This document shows, in pieces, positions 50,172-62,937 of a stretch of 64,000 nucleotides of DNA. Under the pieces are notes generated by a model. The model had not been told where the DNA came from, made no database searches, and saw only the letters and a program-made list of their open reading frames with translations. How positions within the stretch are numbered: position 1 is the first letter of the stretch; each line of letters opens with the position of its first letter. The translations under genes were made by a program, and so were the position numbers. This DNA comes from Hemiscyllium ocellatum (lineage: Eukaryota): NCBI RefSeq assembly GCF_020745735.1, contig NC_083425.1, positions 30,863,575 to 30,927,574 on the forward strand, in the 5' to 3' direction.

Positions 50172-52547
50172 ATCAGGAGCCCTGGCTGACTGATATACAG
50201 GAGTGTCAGGGGTTCTGATCATCAGGAAGCTGGCTTTGAGGAGGTCAGGCCAGTGTCAAGGACTCTACACATGTAAATAAAGGGCAACTTGGTGATGGGA
50301 TAGTGGCTTCTCTGGAGTTATTTCAGGGGCAACAAGTGGAGATGCTCCTGAAGAAATTCACTTGTAACAGTGATCTTTTAATTAGGAACAGCATTTCTGG
50401 CATCACATTATTTGGGAAGCTTTACCCATTTTATCCTGCCATCAAAGACTAGGCCCTGGATGTGGAAAGAATGTGTTATTTTCTTTTGGCAGATGGCTTT
50501 AGGGCAGATGAAAAGCAATGGGTCATTTTCCTGATAGCTTGTGACCCGCAGCTTTTTTGGTTATTAGAAGCCTGACTTTCCCTGAGGCACCAGATATTAA
50601 CACCTTTCAAGAGTTGACAGATTTTGTTGAGGAAAATTACAAACCCTAGCCTCCTCTAATTCTGAGATGCATTCAGCTTTGCTTGGCAATTAAGGATCAA
50701 GGGAACCCATGTTGGGATTTTTAACTAGGTTAAGATGATTGGCAGAGGTATGAGACTTTGGTTTAACCATGAATAAGGTGCTAATATACTGTTTGGTTTA
50801 TGGAATTAATGATGTAACTGTGCAAAAGTGCCTAACAGCTGAAGCCCAACTGGACTTCAACAGGCATTTATCATTGGTAAATGTGGCTAATGGAACAAAT
50901 GAATTGCAGTAAATTCTGAAGGAAGTGGACACCCTCACCAGTCTGACTGAGCTTTGGGCACACCACTTGAGTGAACGCATTTGCATCGACTTTCTCAGGA
51001 CATATCCTGAACAGAGGGAACCTAGGTCAGCCCACAGCAAAACCCCAAAACAAAGGCAAGCATCAGCAAAATGGCTAGAACTTCCTTCAAGATCTAGGCT
51101 GACAAGCCATTTGTAGTCACTGTCAGTATCTGGACTCGAGACAGCAAAAGAGACCCATTAAACCTAAATTGAGTAAAAGGTCTTATAGAGACAAAAAACT
51201 GCAGATGCTGGTATCAAATGTCAACAAACAGGAGGATGGAAGAGCCAGACAGTATCAGGAGATGGTGAATTCAATGTTTTGGGTATAACCGTCTTTCAGA
51301 AAGAGAACTTATAGGAAGTATGTAGGAGTGTGCGGACCATGGAAATTCCTCCTACATCTAGTTTGGAACAGTTAAGTTCTTAGCAACATCCAAACCAGAA
51401 CCAGTCAAAATAAACATCCGGTTAAATTGGCACCCAGTTCTAATTGACGTTGATACCAGTGCAGTCATTTCAATGATTACAGAATCAGTCTTCATCAAAA
51501 TTCGCTCTGGACTCCAACCCTTAAGTTTGCACAAGATTTTGGCGAGACTGAGAACCTATACGAGAGAACTTTTACAGATTAAGATACAACTTTGCTTCTG
51601 GTCTCTTTTGCAAAGCAGCTGGTTCAGGTGTAATAAAAGGCTCGGACCCAAGCTTGATGGGGTGAAAATGATTGAGAAAGATTCACCTTGATTGGCTCAA
51701 CATTGTTTGATCAGAAAATGGCTACCTCAGTGAAGTCCTGATTAAATATCTGGAAGTTTTTCAGGAAGGTCAAAGAGCTATCAAAGGAGCCAAGACCCTC
51801 TTCCATGTTGACCAGGAAGCAACTCCATGACCCTGCAAGGCCCACCCACTGCCATTTTCCTTACGGGCAAAAGTAGAGACAGAAATCAGGAGGCTGGAAA
51901 GAGAAGGCATCATCAAACCAGCCCAGTTTGCAGAATGGGCAGCACTGGTTGTACTGATTGTGAAGTGTAATGGGTCGGTTTGCCTTGTGGGGATTTTAAA
52001 CAAATGGTAAACCACTTCTCATAACTTGATAAATACCCAATGCATCATTTAGAGAATTTACATCAAAGCTGGCAGGGGAGCCGTCCTTCATGAAGCTGGA
52101 CATGAACCATGTGTATTCACAATTGCGAAGAGATGAAAATTCCCAAAAGTATGCTACCATTAATACCATAAGAGTTTGTGCCAATGTATGAGACTGCTAC
52201 TTATAGTGTTGTCCACCTGTGCAATTCTTCAGCAGATGACGGAGAACATTTTACAAGATTGATCCCAGGTTTCCATTTATCTAGATGATGTACTAATTAC
52301 AGGGAAAAACCAATAAGAAACACTTGGAGAACTTGGACATAGTCCTTAGACATTTCTCCCAAGCATGCCTTAGAAGGGAAGAATATGTGTTCCAGGCACC
52401 CTGAGTGACCTGGTCATGTTACAGAGTTGATAAGACTGAGTAACACACAATGGAAGATAAAATGTGGGTGGACCGGCTCCCATATCTGTACCAGAGCTTG
52501 AACCTTTCCTTGGGCTGGTGAACTATTATGGAAAGTTCATACATAAT

Positions 52548-52832
52548 CTGCAACAGTTTCTTCCCCCAAGACATCAGGCCCCTTAATACAGAATAATTGG
52601 ACTATTTCCCATCTGAAATCCTTTTGTATTGCTACTAGAAATTATTCATCATTCTTCTGTTACACTATAACTTGCGTACTTTGCACTTATGCATTTTGAG
52701 CCATGTATGATTGTGTATTTTGTGCTGTCAATGTAGCATCCTCAGTACTGGAGGAACGCTGTCTCATATTTACTATATCAGTTGTGTTTGGTAGAAATGA
52801 CAAATAAAAGCTACTCTACTCTATTCTACTCT
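52548..52832 (+). mobile_element. Rex1/Babar-like LINE 3' end nested in Gypsy pol
   Basis: aacagtttcttcccccaagacatcaggccccttaat encodes NSFFPQDIRPLN, similar to the Rex1 NSFFP.AIRLLN motif. It ends in aataaa plus (ctact)n. Confidence 0.75.
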
Positions 52833-54559
52833 GAATACGCCTGACCTTCCATGCGCTCATTTTAAATGCCCATACAAGATGGCTGGACATTAATAGAGTT
52901 CATTCATTAAACATGGGGATGATAATAGAAAAACTGCATGCATTTTTTGCAATACACGAACTCCCAGAGGTGTTGATTATAGATAATGGGCCATCATTTA
53001 CCAGCATTTGAATATTTCTTAAATTCAAATGGTGTTCGACATATAGGGACAACTCCATACCATCCGTCATCCAATGGTCTGGCAGAAAAATGGCAGAAAA
53101 AGCAGTCGAAACTTTGAAGGCAGGCTTAAAAAGCCAGCCTACAGCTTCATGAAATGCCAAACGTCCTGGTTCCTATTTGATTATAGAACCACACCTCCCC
53201 CCCGCCCCACCTCATGGACACTGCAAGGACAGCTCCAGCTAAATTGCTAATGGAGGGAAAACTGTGCACCTAGTTAAATCTGATCATCATGGATCTGGGG
53301 GGAGAGGGTGAAAGGGCATCAGGATTGCTATTGCCAGACATAAGACTCTGCTAAGCGAGAGAGTGCTTACTTCAGGGGATGATGCTTAGTGTAGGAACCT
53401 GCATGGGTAACAGGCGACACGAGGTCAGGTTCAGTGACATATAAATGCTGGTGCAATGGTCCTGAACAAGCACATGGGCTACATGAAAGCTGCAAACCCA
53501 CAAAAGGTATGGGAGCCAAACATGCCCGGCTCCTCAACTGCCTTTCTGGCTATTCCATAACCCATGGGTTCTCCCTCCCCATCAAACATTGAAGATACCT
53601 CAAAGTTTTTCCTGACTGAAGAGGAGAATGAATTTCTTCCAAGATGCTCCGAGTGCAAAGGCAAACTACTGTATGTCATACACTGCCCATATCAGAGGCG
53701 AAGTTGGAGGAATCTGACCCACTGCTAGAACACCCCAGGAGGATCTACAAGAGAAAAAATCAGTCTATATCTTCAGATTCAGAAAGGGAGAGTGTAGTGA
53801 TTGTAACAAGGTCAGCCAGGTGGACTTCATAGAATATGAGTTCCCTGATTGGGGCTGTTAGTTTGGTCCAATCAGGGAGCGTTGGCTGATAGACATAAAG
53901 AGGAATGCTATAGATTCTGTTCACTCTGAGAACTGGCTCTGAGGGAACTGGATCAGTGTCAAAGACTCACCACATGTAAATAAAGGGTTACTTGACGATA
54001 TGATACCAAACTCTGTTGGTGTTATCTCATCTGTGTCTCTTTCTCTTGTGTAAGAATACCAGAAAGTCTCCAGTAACAGCTAGCTGGCTTCCACTTATTT
54101 TTCACTGCGAATTCCCTTCTTGAAATGATAAAGGGAAAGTCACCTTCAAAGACTCTGAAATGGGCAAACTCCCAACCAGTAAATAAGAATCAGTACTGGT
54201 TTGTCAACAACCTTGTCTAACTGGCTGATAGCTAAAAGTAATTGAAAGGCAGGGAAAGAAAACAGCTCATCAAATCCACTGATCCAGACTGGTGTTATTG
54301 AACCTCAGTTTATTCATTTTTTCCTTTTAATATCCATGCCTGATCTGTTTTTGTAGTCTGCCTGTTTGTTAACAGAGAAATCCAAAACAGGTAGAATTTA
54401 ATTCAATTGAATTATAAATTAGCATTGCATATTTTGTCATTTTGTCATTGGTTAGAGATAATTTGCTTGTAATAACCAGCTATTTTCTTGTTAAGTTCAG
54501 AAACCTGGTGAATATTATTCTTTTAATAGGAGTTAATCAGTCAGATAAATTGTGGACTA

Positions 54560-55030
54560 AAATAAAACAGAGTGCTGTGGATACTGGAGATCTGAAACAA
54601 ACAAAAATAGAAATTATTGGAGAAACAAAGCAAGTCTGTCAGCATCTGTTCAGAGAAAACAGAGTTAATAGTTCATATCAAATGACAGATCTTCAGAGCT
54701 CAAAGCAGCCTGGAAAAGATTTTATTTATGCTAATGACAGGGTGTTGCAGGGCAAGTAGTGAGTGGGTAGTTGGAGAAAGACCCCAGGGAGAGAGAGAAA
54801 ATAGTACGCAAACAAAGGGATTGCTGATTGTGAGTCAGGAAAGAAGAGAAGCTAGGTAGGTGATCATGAAGACTATGAGTTGCTGAAAATGAGTGAGCTG
54901 TGCTGAAAGCAAACCATTTCAGGAAATGACCTGGTGTTATCAAGATAGGTCTCGAGGAGTAACAGTTCATACTCTGAAACTGTTAAACTCGATGTTGAGT
55001 ACTGAAGGCTGTAAGGTATGTACATGGAAG
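54560..55030 (-). mobile_element. Penelope family C 3' end, decayed
   Basis: Family C terminal repeat, followed on the + strand by gaaactgttaaactcgatgttgagtactgaaggctgtaaggt, the reverse complement of a TLQPS.LNIEFNSF GIY-YIG C-terminus. This links family C to a Penelope ORF. Confidence 0.75.
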
Positions 55031-55219
55031 ATCTTCAACAATTTCAGAATGTGCTCTTCTTTCATCATGTTATCAGCACATCTAACATAAATTATTCATT
55101 ATTCTTCATCATAACAAATAAATAATATTGTGGAAAAAGCTGAATGATGATACACTGTAATGTAATTAATGTAATGGACACTGATGTCATACTGTCACTG
55201 CAAGTACTTCAGCTGAAGG

Positions 55220-56920
55220 CATGGAAAATACTGAGTCTAGATACAAGAAACATATAATGAGCAAAAAGGACAGATAGAGTTATACAGAATTTAGATTAAT
55301 GGAGCTCAGTGGTGGATGACCATAGTGTGGCGTCTGTTTATATATTTTACTCAATGAAGCAACAAAACCTGTAATAATATAGTGACATTAAATCTTACAA
55401 CAAAGCATCCAGAGTATGAAGATAGATCAAAAAACATCTTTGAAGGGCAAAAAAAATTCAAACATAAGACAACTCAATTGGCAAATAGTGCATTGATTCT
55501 GAAAAAGGCCTTGAAAGCATCCTTCTTAACAATGTTTCAAATAGATAAAAGCAAGAAAGACCATTTTATGAGAAAGGAGCTTATTCTTCCAGCTGCTTAG
55601 AAGTGTCCCAAGAAATGAAGACTGAATATGCAGCACGTGAGTTGAAGGTTACATCGCTTCCAAATAACCCAGTATAAGAATTGAGGAATATTTGGGTGAT
55701 AAAATGTCACAGAATATGTATGTGAGCTCTTTGTATTTCAACACAATGAAACGATGTGATACTGGGACTCTAGTGCAGTTATTAGCTTACAGTTTCTATC
55801 TTTGATGCAGATAAATTTTAGACTTCCTTTCTTGTCAGACTTCACCAGAATGAACAATGGATGAGGAAACACTCAAGTCACTGGATAAATTCACAGACTC
55901 AGAATTGCTTAGGCGGCAGAACTTTGTTGTGGTTTCCACAGATGTTGCTGTTACCAGAGAATATGAACGGAGCTGTGGCAAGAATAACAGGCATAAAATC
56001 TAAAGATAATTGTGACACATTAGATGTTATATTGCCTAAGCTTTATCTAAAAAACAATAGAACCCAATTTTCTGAAGTCTGGGGCTGTGAATTCACATTT
56101 ATTAACAAAGTTGTATTCAGAATTGAGTGCAAACCAGTTAAAGTTGTTTTACATTTGAAAACATTTCTGACCATTCATGGAGAATAAAACTTGCATTTTT
56201 GTTGACATTTTAAACCTGTTAAATATTGTGAATCAAAAGGGGCCTATATATACTCAAAGTGAGTGCAAAGGCTGTAAATTGTAGAAGAAGATGAAACAAA
56301 GACATTTCAGATATTTTTCATTGCTGACTGAGTGTCTGTTTGTAAACCTAATGAAGCTCATTGTGTGAAAAAAAAGGATTATTGCTCATCTTGCAAAAAT
56401 ACTTCAGTGTTTAATTTGAAAATATAAACACAGCTGAGCACAGTTGGATTTAGAATTCATTTTCAACTTATGCGATATCATCCTATGTTGAAAATCTGAT
56501 GGAACTGTCCTGTGACCACTTGCTGAAAGTTAAGCTTCACAAACAAATGTCTTCACAGTTTTGCCATCTGGTGCAGCAAAGTGCCCAGAAATGGCAGAAG
56601 AAACAATGAAAGAATTGTCATTGTTCCCAAAAAGGACATACATTTATTTAATACCATTTTCTACTATGGCAGTAATGAAAACAAAGTAAAGGCCCATAGT
56701 AGAATGATTTACTACTGTCATTTATAACATACAAGGTAAAACAGACTCTAATGTGAGAAGCAGGCATAAGCATTTCACTGATATCTGTAAAACCTGTTTT
56801 CTTAAAAGCAACACAAACATGATTCTACGTGCAGCACTATCATATATATGTGGTATCTGTGATTACTAACCCATTTGAAAGGAGGACCCTCAACCAAGAG
56901 AGTGAGAATTCCCTGAACTA
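55220..56920 (+). mobile_element. hAT-Charlie/Buster-like DNA transposon relic
   Basis: ORF 55382..55600 (TKHPEY...ALKASF....I.KSKK.H....ELILPAA), then SLPNN.V..I, and a C-terminal FSTMAVMKTK...SH* dimerisation-domain remnant. Many frameshifts. Confidence 0.75.
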
Positions 56921-56974
56921 GACATGGTTCTTTGTCTGTCTGGTGTGGCTATGCTAATTCTAGTGCAATACCAA

Positions 56975-57618
56975 CAAACATAAGAACATAAAAACTAGGC
57001 ACAGGAGTAGGCCATCTGGCCCTTTGAGCCTGCTCCACCATTCAATAAGATCATGGCTGATCTTTTCATGGCCTCAGCTCCACCCACTCATCCTCTCATC
57101 AACAACTCTTAATTCCTTTACTGTTCAAAAAAATGTATCTATCTTAGCTTTAAAACATTTACTGAGGAAGCCTCAATTATATCACTGGGCAGGAAATGCC
57201 ACAGATTCACAACCTTCTGGGTGAAGAAATTCCATCTCAATTCAGTCCTAAATCTGCAACCCTTAATTTTGGGGCTGTGCCCTCTTGTCCTAGTTTCACC
57301 TGCCAGTGGAAACATCCTCTCAAATTCTATCTTCTCTAATCACGTTATAATTTTATCTGTTTCTATAAGATTCCCCCCCATTCTTCCAAATTCCAGTGAA
57401 TATAATCCCAATTTACTCAGTCTCTCCTCATACGCCAACCCCCTCAACTCTGGAATCAACCTAGTGAACCTCCTCTGCACCTCCTCTAATGGCCAGTACA
57501 TCCTTTCTCAAGTAAGGAGGCCAAAACTGCATGCAGTATTCCAGGTGTGACCTCACTAAAACCCTATGCAGCTGCAACATAACCTCTCTGCTTTTAAACT
57601 CAATTCCTTTTAGCAAAC
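56975..57618 (-). mobile_element. CR1 LINE 3' end
   Basis: Tail aacataagaacataaaaactaggcacaggagtaggccat, with reverse-complement EYCMQFWPPYLR and FFTQKVVNLW. Confidence 0.9.
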
Positions 57619-57884
57619 ACAACTCTAATTCCTCATTCAATAATTGTCTCCATCTTCATAGACCACTAATAAACATTCCAAATCACAGTTATAAATGAAA
57701 TTCTGCCAGATTGCATGCAATTGTAAACCAGACACTCTTATAACCTTCATGATTGTCTCCATGTTCCTTGCCTATTTCAATGTTTCTATGGACTATTATT
57801 CCAGCATGGCAAGTGAAAGATGTTAGGCCAAAACTACCCTTCTTAAAGTCCGGCCATAAAATCTCAAATCAATAAATACTGTGT

Positions 57885-58020
57885 TCCATGACGTGGAGGT
57901 ATTGGTGTTGGACATGGGGTGGACAAAAGCAGAAGTCACACAATACCAGGTTATAGTCCAACAGGTTTATTTGAAATGACAAGCTAAACCTGTTGGACTA
58001 TAACCTGGTGTCCTGTGACT
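57885..58020. repeat. Fold-back Penelope family B tail with a perfect 25-bp inverted repeat
   Basis: accaggttatagtccaacaggttta (57945-57969) pairs with taaacctgttggactataacctggt (57985-58009). Confidence 0.9.
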
Positions 58021-58887
58021 ATGCAATCACACCTGGGAACACAGATAAGACTTTCATAAAACCAACAAATGAACTGAAAGATGAAAGACCTCAGCTGAAC
58101 AGCTCAATCTTGCTCTTATAGAAGTTACTTATGTATAGATAGATTTATTTTATCCATTTAAAGTCGTTCCACATTGTCTGACAGAATCACCACCTCCTCA
58201 ACATCAGCTTCATTTGATATTTACATCTGGTCCATTATTAGAGGCAGCTAGCATCCATTTTGGTCTACAGTACTAATTACTTTCCTATCACATGGCAGAA
58301 AGGTCATGCATTCTTCTCCTTTGTGAGAAATCCAATGTAAGTTCAGCAAGTCTCAGGACTGACAGAAAGGGCTAATAAACTGGGTATCTATGTGAAATGC
58401 TTTGTTGAATATTTCTCTTGTTCAAAAATTTAGAACTGAACCAAAAGCAAAGAAAAAGGTTCCCTGCTTATTAAGGGCTTGTAAATAATTCAGAACAACA
58501 AGCAGAGAAATTTAAAGTAAAAGTGAACTTCAAACTCAGAGACATGTAAGCTAGTGGTTAAAAATTAAAACTCTTGCAGAACGAGAGTACAAACAACTGT
58601 AGACTGTTGGATCACATTTTGAATTGATTCTATATGCCATTGCACCCACTGATATCTTTCAATAAACATGGCAATGTGAAGTATCAATTTACAAATATTT
58701 TGTTTGAAAATTTAAGTTACATATACTCCCAAAGTCATTTTTTTTCTGCTCATGTTCTTTGATTTTAAACTTTGCTGAAAGGAGACTAGAAGTTGAAGCT
58801 TTCCATCTTGTACTTACCAGAACTCAAATGCAAGGAACAGACCTGAAATGAGACATTTTGCCTACTGTACAAATGAGTAAAATACTA

Positions 58888-59185
58888 GGAAGGGGGATTT
58901 CAAGACTAGGGGGCACACATTTAAGGTGAGAGGAGAAAGATTTAAGAAAGACAAGAGGGGCAAATCTTTAACATAGAGGATGGTTTGCGTGTGGAATGAC
59001 TTCCTGAGGAAGTGGGGATGTGGGTACAATAACAATGTTTAAAAGACATTTGGATAAATATATGAATAGAAAAGGTTTGGAGAGATATGGGCCAGGAGCA
59101 GGCAGGTGGGACCAGTTTAGTTTGGGATTTTGTTCAGCATGGGCCGTCTGAACTGAAGGGTCTGTAAAACCCTTATATGCTGTAA
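58888..59185 (+). mobile_element. CR1 LINE 3' end
   Basis: KTRGHTFKVRGERFKKD.RG..LT.RMVCVWNDF...FKRHLDKYMN. Confidence 0.9.
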
Positions 59186-59341
59186 AACAGCATATAAAAC
59201 AGTAATTGCTGCTCCTAGAATTTGAGGAAATCACCTCTAACACCTAAAACAACTCAAAAAAGGAGCAGCTGTTATGGCCAGAAATTTTTCCCATCCTCCA
59301 TCTTGGATTACCCAGAATCCTTTTTCCTAAAAGAAGCACAT

Positions 59342-59414
59342 CACCCAATGTGGAGCTTGAACCCACAACCCTTAGATTAAGAACCACATGCTCTACTGAC
59401 TTAGCTAGCCAGGC
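59342..59414 (-). pseudogene. tRNA-Lys(CTT) pseudogene
   Basis: The minus strand GCCTGGCTAGCTAAGTCAGTAGAGCATGTGGTTCTTAATCTAAGGGTTGTGGGTTCAAGCTCCACATTGGGTG (73 nt) aligns without gaps to recalled vertebrate tRNA-Lys-CTT with about 12 substitutions. The anticodon stem and D arm are disrupted. Confidence 0.88.
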
Positions 59415-59517
59415 CTTGCACCGACTTCCAGCTTAGAAAGTGCAGTTTCATGTTTAAATCGCATCATGAATTTGCACAACACTATTTCTATGATAAAAGG
59501 TTGAGTACTATTTTAAA

Positions 59518-59638
59518 TTTAGATTCCATACAGTGTGGAAACAGGCCCTTTGGCACAACAAGTCCACACCGACCCTCCGAAGAGTAACTCACCCAGACTC
59601 ATTCCCCTACATTTACCCCTGACTAATGCGCTTAATCT
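59518..59638 (-). mobile_element. HE1 SINE 3' tail
   Basis: ttagattccatacagtgtggaaacaggccc...caagtccacaccgaccctccgaagag. Confidence 0.85.
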
Positions 59639-60257
59639 GCTGTCTCCACCCCACTCCCGATTTGTTTCTGGCAGTTAATTGGCTGAATCCTACAGAACAG
59701 TTCTAAAGATGGGCTACTGGACTCGATTCATTAAAAAAACTATTATCAATTGTTGTAGAAACCAATCTGGTTCACTTTTACTGTAGAAGGAAGAAAATCT
59801 GTCATGCTGACCCAGTCTGGCCTATGCGTAACTCCAAACCCACAGCAGTATGATCACTGCTCCCTGAAATAGCCTAGCAAGTTATTCAGTTCAAGGGAAT
59901 ATAAGCATGGGCAACAAATGTTGGCCTTGTCAGTGACAACTACATTCTATGTGAAAAATTGTACCAAAACATCTACAGCTAAATAAGTAATTTTGAAGCG
60001 TAGTCGTTGCCATGATGTAGAAGATATGTGAGCCAAAACTACACAGCAAGTTCCAACAAATGGCATGGTGATAACAACTAGGTAATCACTTTTTGGGATG
60101 TGGCTGGAAGGACAAATATTGACCAGGACACCTTTCTCTTTTGTTATAAAGTGGTACAGTGAGCTATTTTACCTGAGAAGGAAGACTTAGCCTCAGTTTT
60201 AACATCTCAGCTGATAAAGAGCACACGGCAGCTCTCCTTCAGCATTCCCATGGACTA

Positions 60258-60441
60258 GGAAAAAGTGAGTACTGCAGATGTTGGAGATTAGAGCCGAGAG
60301 TGTGGTGCTGATAAAGCACAGCAGGTCAGGCAGCAACTGAGCAGCAGGAACCTCATTCCTGATGAAGGGCTAATGCCTGAAATGACGACTCTCCTACTCC
60401 TCAGATGCTGCCTGACCTGTTGTGCTTTTCCAGCACTACAT
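60258..60441. mobile_element. Fold-back Penelope family A terminal repeat: a (-) arm and a (+) arm with hammerhead
   Basis: Inverted arms tgtggtgctgataaagcacagcaggtcaggcagca / tgctgcctgacctgttgtgcttttccagcactaca. Hammerhead-like motif at 60355-60390. Flanked by the direct repeat ttcccatggact. Confidence 0.85.
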
Positions 60442-62937
60442 TCCCATGGACTGTTGGTTTGATTGCCTTGCTCAGATTCTGTAATGGGGTCCAAGCTCAC
60501 AATTTTGTGACTGAAAGGTCAGAGCATTACCATCTGAACAATTGCTAGCACCATTGTGTTTAAATTGCAGCAGTTATTTACTACCTATTCATTTCCCTGA
60601 TTTTATAATATAAGAGTCACTGGGGAAACCTGCATTATTGTATTGAGATACCTTCTTAGGTTTTCAAGCCTTTGGGGGCAATATTAGTCTAATTTGCCTG
60701 TTGGAAATCTTACATGATCAGGTACATTGGTTTTACAATGCACCTCCTTGAAGTCAATATCGATTGATACAGGGTTAAATCAAACTTCCTTCATCTGATC
60801 CAATAAGCTTCCTGCCCAGCATAGCAACATAAAATTACCACTGTGTGCATTTTATAGACTTCTTTGACATGAACCACCATATGAGATTTATTTTGATGAG
60901 AAAAATGCTTTATGATCTGTGTGAGGGGTTAAAAGCTTTTGAAACATCAAGGTCATGCCAGCTAGGTTCTGCAGATTTAAGTCAAAGAGACAATGGTGTT
61001 CAGCTTCAGTTATTTCTACCACTCAAAGAGAAGTGAACAGTTGTTGTGGGATGGGGGATGTTGGCAGAGGTGGGGTGTTCATCCATCAACCATCAGACAT
61101 TTATCAACCTATCACTGCTTTACTCAGACATGCAGTACATATACTAACTTATTGAAAGCCACTGCAGCAAACATTGTTTGAATGTGGCATCTGCAATAAA
61201 TCTTGTTTGATATAACTATCTTGTCTGTGCACCTGAGAATTATCATATCTATTTCACCAAGAAAACATTTATTCTATTAAAAAGACTGATCCCAAGTGAT
61301 GCAGGAAATGTCTTGAAAATGGGTGGCAAATTCATTGACAGCAGTCTATAACCTAATTTTCCATTTCTACCCATGCTGGTTGATTTATCAAACAAAAACT
61401 ATCTGGCGCCATATTGCTAAATGACATTGTAATCAGTAAAAGTCATTAGTATTTTGCTTGCTGCCGATATTTCACAGATGACAATGATTAAGATCTAAGG
61501 TAGTTCCCTGATTTTAGTAATCTATTGTTAAAGTGAGGGGAAAAAAAGGACACCCACAATTATAGTTTAAAGGCCTATTTCTACCTCAAAAATCCATGTT
61601 TTCTTAAAAAAAAATTCTTGAAAAAGATGGGAAGAACTTCAGTGAAACTGTAGAGATCTGTATATATTAGTTCTCCACTGTTTTTTGGAGTTTGACAGTT
61701 CACCGCAATGTAAATATATCCATAACTACAGCAGTTTGTATTTATTGTGCCTCATTCACATTATAAAATATTTATTTGTATTTATAGTGGATCTTTTGCA
61801 TTATAAAATATTTCCCTTCCCAAGTCCAGTAAACAATATAGCAACCTAAGGATTTAAGAGAAACATTACTAAAAGATTGGGCAAAGAAATAGGTTTTAAG
61901 AAGCATATTAAAGGAGGACAGAGATATAGAGAGGCAGAGAGGTTTAGTGAGTCAAAATAACTGAATGAATGTTCACTAATGACCGAGTGTTACGTGTTCA
62001 GAATGCCAAATAACCCAAAACTGGAGAAGCTCAGAGACCTTGTGAAGACATGCAGCAGAAACTATATGCGAAAAGAATATTCCAGGCACGTCCAGAACAG
62101 ATATGCTGAGGTGAATCCAATCCAAGACTGATGAACACACATCAAATAAGATTGGAATCCTCAACTCATTGCCCTTTTAGAAGAGTCTGAGGAGAATTCT
62201 CCTTCACAATCCTGTCCAAAATGAATACAATATGATGAAAAGCAAAGGAATATTTGAGTATAAAGTCTTCCCCTGCTGCATTGTTTTGGCTGATACTTCC
62301 AGCCTCGCTGGAACTATTGCTGCCTGTTTTCCCTGCTAAATTGTGATGGGACCTTCCATTGAGTTTTCCTTTTCTCTGCTCCACTTACTATCAGTCATGA
62401 TGGTGATAGGGGCTGGGACCTGTTTGACCCTAGAAATCTACCTGCTAATGCCTTATTGTTGATTGAAACCTACAGTGGCGCTCTCTCCTTTCTGATGTTT
62501 ATGTCATTTCAGTTCCTTTACAATTCTTTGCTTTCTTTTCTGACATTGCAGCAGCATTCTCACTCAGCAGCACTGAGATTCTAATTTTTGCATGATGAGA
62601 ATCCTGCTGCACTTCTATAATGAACATTTAGTGAGTTGGATCTAGAATCGAGATAGAGGGTCAGACGCGGCACCATTCTGCTACTCTACCCCAAGAGGAG
62701 AATAAAACCCTGCATTGGGTTTGAATACAAATTCCAGATGAAATCTACAATTGTGTCATTTATTATTAGAGTTAGAGAAAATTTGCATGCAAAATCAAAA
62801 ATCTTATTTACTAATTCAAGATACCAGAAGTAGATTTTGGTCAAAGAATTGATGAGAATAACAGGACTAAGCTGAATGCTACCAGTGCAGGAATAAAGGA
62901 ATGAAGGCACCTAAAACAGATAGAAATAAAGGCTTTA

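Larger units (their letters stand above)
49996..54029 (+). mobile_element. Decayed Gypsy LTR retrotransposon (Mag-like) with both LTRs (49996-50325 and 53793-54029) and a 5-bp TSD
   Basis: TG...CA LTRs, TSD TCTGT at 49991-49995 and 54030-54034, and PPT agaaagggagag at 53781-53792. Frameshifted gag (GIND..QKCL.AE), protease (VDTSA.ISMI), RT (RLEREGIIKP.QFAEWA, GDFK..VN, YLDDVLITG) and integrase (LPEVLI.DNGPSFTS, PYHPSSNGLAE) occur in Gypsy order. Confidence 0.93.

Noticed and set aside
61735-61814. Imperfect tandem duplication of about 40 bp (tttgtatttat...cattataaaatattt)
   Set aside because: It is real but an ordinary AT-rich local duplication with no sign of function.
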